A stretch of 64,000 nt of DNA, taken from positions 34,224,001 to 34,288,000 of the forward strand of contig OZ024759.1 of assembly GCA_964016885.1 (NCBI GenBank). Direction: 5' to 3'. How positions within the stretch are numbered: the stretch's first letter is position 1; every line of letters begins with the position of its first letter. Positions 55,841 through 64,000 of this stretch are shown one piece after another. Position numbers and translations under genes: made by a program. The notes below the pieces were generated by a model that saw only the letters and a list, made by a program, of their open reading frames with translations, was not told the DNA's origin and made no database searches. This DNA is from Eledone cirrhosa. Its lineage: Eukaryota.

Positions 55841-56264
55841 ATATATATATATACTTAAGCGTGTGACTCTGCATGTATGCATCTATAAGTATCTATAAGT
55901 AGCTATAATCAAATATATACTTATGTATGTACCTACATACTTACGATCGATCTCCAACAACTTCAGCTGCCTACGAATGTGTATTACTACTTACGCATGT
56001 TAACTTTCATAAGCCTATTGGTCGATGTTAATATTTCTCCACATACTATATCTTACTATATCTCATTAGTGATGAATCTACTTGCTTAATTAATTTTCTT
56101 TTTATTTATTTACTCAACTGTCACAATATTTATCTCTCTCTACATCTGTCTCAACATCAATTCTAATAACTTCATTCCGCCGAAACTTCTAGAATTTTGT
56201 GAGTGAATATATGTGCATGTGTATATGTTTGTGTGTGCAATAATATATATGTATATGTATATGT

Positions 56265-56418
56265 AGAAGTTCTATTTAAATTGTTGGGATACAAAAAGCA
56301 AATATTTTTATAACTGATATAAAGGACTCAACAAATTATTGGAGTAAAAATACGATATATTAACAAATGGAAAATATGGTTTTATAAATATAGTTTCCAT
56401 TTGTTAATATATCGTATG
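56265..56418. mobile_element. Family B remnant: tail + short inverted arms (ATACGATATATTAACAAATGGAAA / TTTCCATTTGTTAATATATCGTAT)
   Basis: 24-bp perfect inverted repeat; tail resembles 23105-23190. Confidence 0.65.
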
Positions 56419-56634
56419 TATATGTATATATATACTCTATTTATATATATATATATATATGTATTTGTGATTTTTAATTAAATACTTTTTAAAACATGTG
56501 TACGTCTCACTATGAATTGTGTAAGCTGACATGTATACATCCACGCACACCCAAAGACACACAGACATTATGTATGTATGTATTATATATATATACATTA
56601 TACATGAATAAATAAATATATATATATATATGAA

Positions 56635-56691
<57 letters not shown>

Positions 56692-56694
56692 CAT

Positions 56695-56728
<34 letters not shown>

Positions 56729-56729
<1 letters not shown>

Positions 56730-56776
56730 GTCCAGAATTAGCTGGCTTGAGCTCAGCCGTCGGGGTCTTACTTGTT

Positions 56777-56846
<70 letters not shown>

Positions 56847-57051
56847 GAAGGAAATGTGGTAAGGAACCAGGTGGACCATAACGCACCAAAGTACTCAATA
56901 CTTGGGGTAGTAGAGTGGGTAATAGGAACCAGTAAGACCCCGACAGCTGAGCTCAAGCCGTTTCGACGGCTAATTCTGGACTCAATTAGCCGTCCAGAAT
57001 TAGCCGTCGAAACGGCTTGAGCTCAGCTGTCGGGGTCTTACTGGTTCCTAT
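56729..57051. mobile_element. Family D: short arm 56729-56781 and hairpin 56844-57051 (tail 56844-56921; arms 56922-56980 / 56993-57051)
   Basis: 59-bp inverted arms that appear identical; TA-flanked. Confidence 0.85.
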
Positions 57052-57072
57052 ATATATATATATATATATATA

Positions 57073-57551
57073 TGTAGATAAATCTACCAAAAGTTTACGG
57101 TAGTGTCCAATCCGTATGAAGATCTCAATGTAATCCGGATATCATGAAAAGAAGAGATGCATTCAAAAATCACTTTCGGTGAAAGATAAACGGAATACAG
57201 AGTCAAGATAAATTATTAAAAAAATAATGAATAAAACAAAGAAACAGTTCCTTATATTAAACAAAAAAAGTTCATTATTTTACGATCGTTTCTAGGACAT
57301 ATATGTGTTAGAATTGGTATGCATATTCAAAAGATCTATGTACAAAATTATACAAACTATCAAAGAGAATATACATACCTTCACATATATATGCTGTCTT
57401 CAGAAAAAATGTCTTCAGAAAAATTTTTTTCTGAAGACAGCATATATATGTGAAGGTATGTATATTCTCTTTGATAGTTTGTATAATTTTGTACATAGAT
57501 CTTTTGAATATGCATACCAATTCTAACACATATATGTCCTAGAAACGATCG

Positions 57552-57554
<3 letters not shown>
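57073..57554. mobile_element. Young hairpin element: 130-bp arms (57280-57409 / 57425-57554) plus ~205-bp tail
   Basis: Arms appear identical by eye; the ORF track shows mirror-image ORFs on both strands. Confidence 0.85.
57427..57554 (+). ncRNA. Hammerhead motif with ~104-nt stem II (mirror copy on - at 57277-57407)
   Basis: TTT-CTGAAGA-[104-nt self-complementary]-GAAA-CGATCG-TA-A(AA on the tailed arm). Confidence 0.6.
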
Positions 57555-57608
<54 letters not shown>

Positions 57609-58741
57609 TCCACACGTAGGAATATATAAATATACAATAGATATATATTTATGTGTTTTTTTTTGTGTGTTTAAGTTTGTTTTCACGTGTATTGAGTTGT
57701 TTGGAGAGAGTCGTCCCTTCTTAATCGATGAAATATAACTTAGAAATGGTATCGGAATCTATTCACATCTATTTGGTTCTCTTGATATTTTCAATCAAAC
57801 TGATCTTCCCCCAATCATTTGAAATCATTTGATTTAAGAACATGAAAGATAAATGAACAGCCCTTGACACGCAATACGTAACAGAAAAACCAGCACTCAA
57901 AACCTACCTTCCCACGTTATTTATTCTACAAACTTTCAAATATCCAACCCCTTTCCATAATGTTCACGAAAAGCCAGGTGACAGCTGAACAGTCTTTCTT
58001 GGTATAGTATTAATGAATTGTATTCTAAACCGAAGAAGATTCACGAAAACTTATAATAGGAATAAGTACATGGTTTCTATGACAGATGCACCTCAGGCCA
58101 TGTTATTCTGCTTCCTTATAAGAAACGCTTGCAAGTGATGTAACAATATATTTTCATAGAGAGACTGTGGGAAATTCGCTTGCCAATTTTTAAATTAAAA
58201 ACGGTGAATGTTTGAACTTGTTTGCTATTGGCAAACATCTACATATTGTCTGCTATCTCGTGCTGTGTATCTCATTTCTTCTAAGGAGATTTTGAAATAT
58301 TAAACTATTCTAAAAGGTGCGGTTCTTGCGAAATATTACAGTAAACAGAATTTTACAAAAGACACTCAAAGTGAACAAGATGTATTGGAAATATAAGAGG
58401 AAGTGCTTATCATCTTTTAATTAATAAGCACAGTGCTGGGTTTTTATTTAGTTGTTTTTTCTTCCCAGCCAGCAACTACAAAAGACGGTAAAAATTAATT
58501 ATTTCGCGTTGAAGAATTCCAAGAAAGGACATTATCAATGGCTGTCGTCTATAATAGAGCAAGATTCAATTTAGAAATATTTTCGGTGCAGTGTTCGGAG
58601 TTAAAACTTGGAAGAAAAGAGAAAAATAATAGGGGGAAAAAACTGTAATCGCTGAGTAATGAAATACAATTCAAAGAAATACAGTTACTGTCGAAAAGAA
58701 AGACGGAAGAGGTTAGATGTGTTTCTAAAAGATAAATAATA

Positions 58742-58800
<59 letters not shown>

Positions 58801-59068
58801 GAGGGGTGAATTGCGTATATAAATATATATATATATATATATATGTATGGTGGGGGAGTGTATGTGTGAATTGCGTATATATATATATTTTAAAATAAAT
58901 AAGATGTCTGTTTTGGCATCTTACATCAATATACATGTATATATATATATGTATATGTATATATTTATATTTATATATATATGTAATATATATATATATA
59001 TGTTATTTATATATATATGTAATATATATATATATATATGTAATATATATATATATGTAATATATATA

Positions 59069-59329
<261 letters not shown>

Positions 59330-59332
59330 TAT

Positions 59333-59392
59333 ATAGGTACCAGTAAGACCCCGACAGCTGAGCTCAAGCCGTTTCGACGGCTAATTCTGGAC

Positions 59393-59394
<2 letters not shown>
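59333..59394 (-). mobile_element. Family D short arm inside long (TA)n
   Basis: Near-identical to the reverse complement of 56990-57051. Confidence 0.85.
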
Positions 59395-59449
<55 letters not shown>

Positions 59450-59450
59450 G

Positions 59451-59562
<112 letters not shown>

Positions 59563-59676
59563 TGTATATATATGTATATATATATATATATGTATATATA
59601 TGTATATATATATATATGTATATATATGTATATATATATATATGTATATATATGTATATATATATGTATATATATG

Positions 59677-59714
<38 letters not shown>

Positions 59715-59727
<13 letters not shown>

Positions 59728-60725
59728 ATATACATATAGATATATATTTATGCATATATAGATATATATGTATGTATATATACATATAGATATATATTTA
59801 TGCATATATAGATATATATGTATGTATATATACATATAGATATATATGTATGCATATATGCATATATACATATAGATATATATGTATGTATATATACATA
59901 TAGATATATATGTATGCATATATACATATAGATATATATGTATGCATATATACATATAGATATATATGTATGTATATATACATATAGATATATATGTATG
60001 TATATATACATATAGATATATATGTATGTATATATACATATAGATATATATGTATGTATATATACATATAGATATATATGTATGCATATATGCATATATA
60101 CATATAGATATATATGTATGTATATATACATATAGATATATATGTATGCATATATACATATAGATATATATGTATGCATATATACATATAGATATATATG
60201 TATGTATATATACATATAGATATATATATATGTATGTATATATACATATAGATATATATGTATATATACATATAGATATATATGTATGTATATATACATA
60301 TAGATATATATGTATGTATATATACATATAGATATATATGTATGTATATATACATATAGATATATATGTATGTATATATACATATAGATATATATGTATG
60401 TATATATACATATAGATATATATGTATGTATATATACATATAGATATATATGTATGTATATATACATATAGATATATATGTATGTATATATACATATAGA
60501 TATATATGTATGTATATATACATATAGATATATATGTATGTATATATACATATGGATATATATGTATGTATATGTATGTATATATACATATGGATATATA
60601 TGTATGTATATGTATGTATATATACATATAGATATATAGATATATATGTATATATACATATAGATATATAGATATGTATGTATATATACATATAGATATA
60701 TAGATATGTATGTATATATACATAT
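59715..60725. repeat. 26-bp minisatellite (TATATACATATAGATATATATGTATG)
   Basis: Dozens of tandem units directly visible. Confidence 0.95.
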
Positions 60726-62697
60726 GCATATATGTACATATATATATATGTGTGAGTGTGTGTGTGTGAAGCTGAGCAGCTTAGTGGTCGATCGCGTTCA
60801 GTGTGTCACTACACCAGTTTCATATACGACTCTTGGTACCTTACGTCACTGAATAAGATCCTCTATTCCCAGTTCCTGTTCTTCTGTCCTCGGAACATCT
60901 TCTTCTTAGAATTAATGTACTTGAGGCTGAGCATTCAACAGAAACATGTATCCTTAACGAATCTCTCAGGGAAATACAGCTTCAGATTCTATAACATGGC
61001 TCTAGTTTTGAATTATATATATAGTCAGCCTGAGCTCTCCGCAAACTCTTGCATCCTTAATTTTATTTTACAAGGAGATTCTGTATGACAGAGTACGTGA
61101 CGAGGCTGGCTCATTGAATTACTGGTACAATCTATCTGATAGGTTTACAAACAATTTCCGACTACCGAGTTTTATCCACAAGGTGTGGATCGACATGGAG
61201 CTATCGTAAATAATATCGAATCCTACCCAGGGTTTTCTCGCTCCTGTTAGTAGAGTCCCTCCTTAGTTTCCCTTCAGCGGTTTATGTTGGGATTTGGTCA
61301 TATCAGGGGTGTCGGAGTACCCAGCATGCCTGACCAATTGTGAGTTCGTGAGGCTATTTAACCCATAGTTGGGGTAGATAGATGGACGATCGATTATGTT
61401 AAGGAGTTCATCTCTTTTAACACCTCTTGTCTTTTTTTATGCTGTTGGGGTTCCACTTACCATTCTCTCTAGACCAGCCCCTGTTGAGGGTGACAATGTT
61501 GTAACTGACCACTCGAGCAAGAAGCAGGTTGTACTGGGTTTCAATATACCATTAATAGATAGATTTCTTTATTTGCCACAGGGGCGTACAAAAATGGGAC
61601 ATTACAAGACGTGACGGCGGGGATTTTACATAAAATCTTTAACAATAATAATGGATAACAATAAAATATATACAAAATAAAACAACCGAAATCCCCAATA
61701 AGGGGGAACGTTATTGTGGGGGTGTTTTGTAATAGATAGAAGCCTGGTTTGACATAAATGACATATTCCAAACGCTATATGTCATTTAACGAAGGAACAA
61801 TTCTAAAGGAACGAACCCCTATTTTAGTATTTACACTACAAACGTCTTGAATATTCGGCCACTCTGTGTCCATATACTAACTAATCGATTCCATATTACA
61901 ATAGCAACACACCACCAAACAGCAAAATAAACCACACCATTGCACCACCCAACACCCGTAAATGCTCTAATATAACTATAATTACATGATGAAGCTTAAA
62001 TACAAAGCAAGACAGTGGCTATAGAATAATACGAAAATTACTTTACTTATAGAAAACGTTTTGGTATTGTTATAGATAAACGCCGTGGAAATCTACAGAT
62101 TTACTTTTTAGATAATTCCAACACGAAGCACAAAAGAAGGACACTAGCTTCTTTCTGTATTTTTTTAATAAACCTTTGATGTATCATTACAGCTAAGATT
62201 TAATGAGCGCTTCTATTTATTATACAACCCTATACTTAACGCATTATCAAAATACATATTCAAATTATGTATATTCTCTATATTTCATATATATTTTCTA
62301 TACCATATTTTTTAGGGAAGGACATTTCGCTATTTCTATGTGTATGTGTGAGATGATGAGTTTCTATATGTGTGTTTTCTTCCTTATATTTGCCTTCTTT
62401 GTGTGTGTATCTGTATGTGTGTGTCTGCTTTTTTTCCTGTATTTGTCTGTTTTCTTTAGATTTATCTAGTTAGTTACTTTTTAGAAAAGCTGTCTTAGAT
62501 TTTGATAAACGCCGAAGAGCCAGCAAATCATATAATCCCTTTGAATTAATAGGTTTCTTCTCTCTCCTTCCTTCGTCTTTCTCCTCCCTACACATTCTTT
62601 TCTTTTTCTCATATATATATATATATATACACACATTTGCTTCACACCTTCGCTCTGAATACCTCACACTGTCGCGCACGCACACATAAACACACTT

Positions 62698-62771
<74 letters not shown>

Positions 62772-63374
62772 ATATGTGTGTGTATACATGTATATATACT
62801 GTTTCTGTGATGATTGTGTTGTCGTGGATGTCTAATTTAATCTACCACCTCTTCTCTTTCTCTCTCTCTCTCTCTCTATCTATCTCTATCTCTATCTATC
62901 TATCAATCTATCTATCTATCTATCTTACAATATGTGTGTTAGTTTCTCCCCAATACAATATGAGAATTAGCGAAATGTCAAATCGAACACATTTTCTCGA
63001 ACGCGGCAACGAAACCATTGCAATAAGAAGATAAATAAGATGAGGAAGAAGAAGATAAATAAGATGAGGAAGAAGAAGATAACTAAGATCAGGAAGAAGA
63101 GGATTAATAAGATATAGCCGAAGAGAAATAAGTAATAAACGACGTACCACTTCTATAATGTTCTAAGAAGACCGTTTTTCGTTCAGCTTCCTATAAAACC
63201 CTAGAAATGTGGCCACAGCAGAGATCTGGACATCAATAAAGGATGGAGAAGGGGAATAACTAAATAAGGAGGAGAGGAAGATGAAGAAGAAGAAAAGAAA
63301 TAACAAACGCAAAGACATCAAAAGAGCAGCAACAAATACCACCACTACAACAATCACAAGAACACATGAACCGT

Positions 63375-63852
63375 AACAGCTACCACTACCACAACAACAA
63401 CAACAACAGCCACCACCAACACCACAACAACAACAACCACAGCAGCTACCACCACCACCGCCACCACCATCACAACAACAGCAACAGCAGAAACAACAAC
63501 CAACATAGCCACCACCAACACCACTACAACAGCAACAACAACCACAACAGCCACCACCACAACAACCACAACAACAACAACAACAGCAACAACAACCAAA
63601 ACAGCCACCACCACCACCACCACAACAGCAACAACAACCACAACAGCCACCACCACAACAACCACAACAACAATAACCAAAACAGCCACCACCAACACCA
63701 CCACAACAGCAACAACAACCACAAGACCCACCACCACAACAACCACATCAACAGCAACAACAACCAAAAGAGCCACCAACACCACCACCACAACAACAAT
63801 AACATCCACAACAGCCACCACCACCACCACCACCACACTCACAACAACAACA
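63375..63852. repeat. (AAC/CAC/AGC)n trinucleotide microsatellite with ~42-bp higher-order units
   Basis: Directly visible. Confidence 0.93.
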
Positions 63853-64000
63853 TCCGATCGTGTTATTTCTGATATTAGTTTCGTTTCGGTTGAAGAAAAA
63901 AAAAATAGCGAAAATAATTCTATAAATATTTAAAATAAATTAAAAAAGAAAAACAATATAAAAACAAAATAACAAACAAATTCTTCAGAAAAAAACAATA

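Noticed and set aside
57305-57529. Two near-identical 73-aa ORFs on opposite strands
   Set aside because: A consequence of the DNA palindrome, not genes.
63354-63872. His/Asn-rich and poly-Val ORFs
   Set aside because: Trinucleotide microsatellite open on both strands.

Overview
Very AT-rich, repeat-dominated animal genomic DNA with no recognisable host gene. It is probably an octopod cephalopod, inferred from the SINE types and the massive (TA)n/(CA)n/(GA)n content. The only credible protein-coding sequence is the uninterrupted 3' part of a CR1/Jockey-group LINE ORF2 (reverse transcriptase) at the window start, plus short RTE-clade and CR1 remnants. Nearly all other ORF-track entries are microsatellite translations. 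About 15 tRNA-derived SINE copies are present. The main hidden structure is at least 8 unrelated short sequence families embedded in (TA)n tracts. They form asymmetric palindromes (one arm carries an extra 'tail') and many contain minimal type I hammerhead-ribozyme motifs: CUGANGA or the U3:A8 / U4C variants, stem II, GAAA, a palindromic stem III, then UH. This architecture matches Penelope-like element (PLE) pseudo-LTR remnants. Unusual variants include stem II inserts of about 60, 100 and 230 nt. All alignments and foldings were done by eye, and ribozyme activity is untested.
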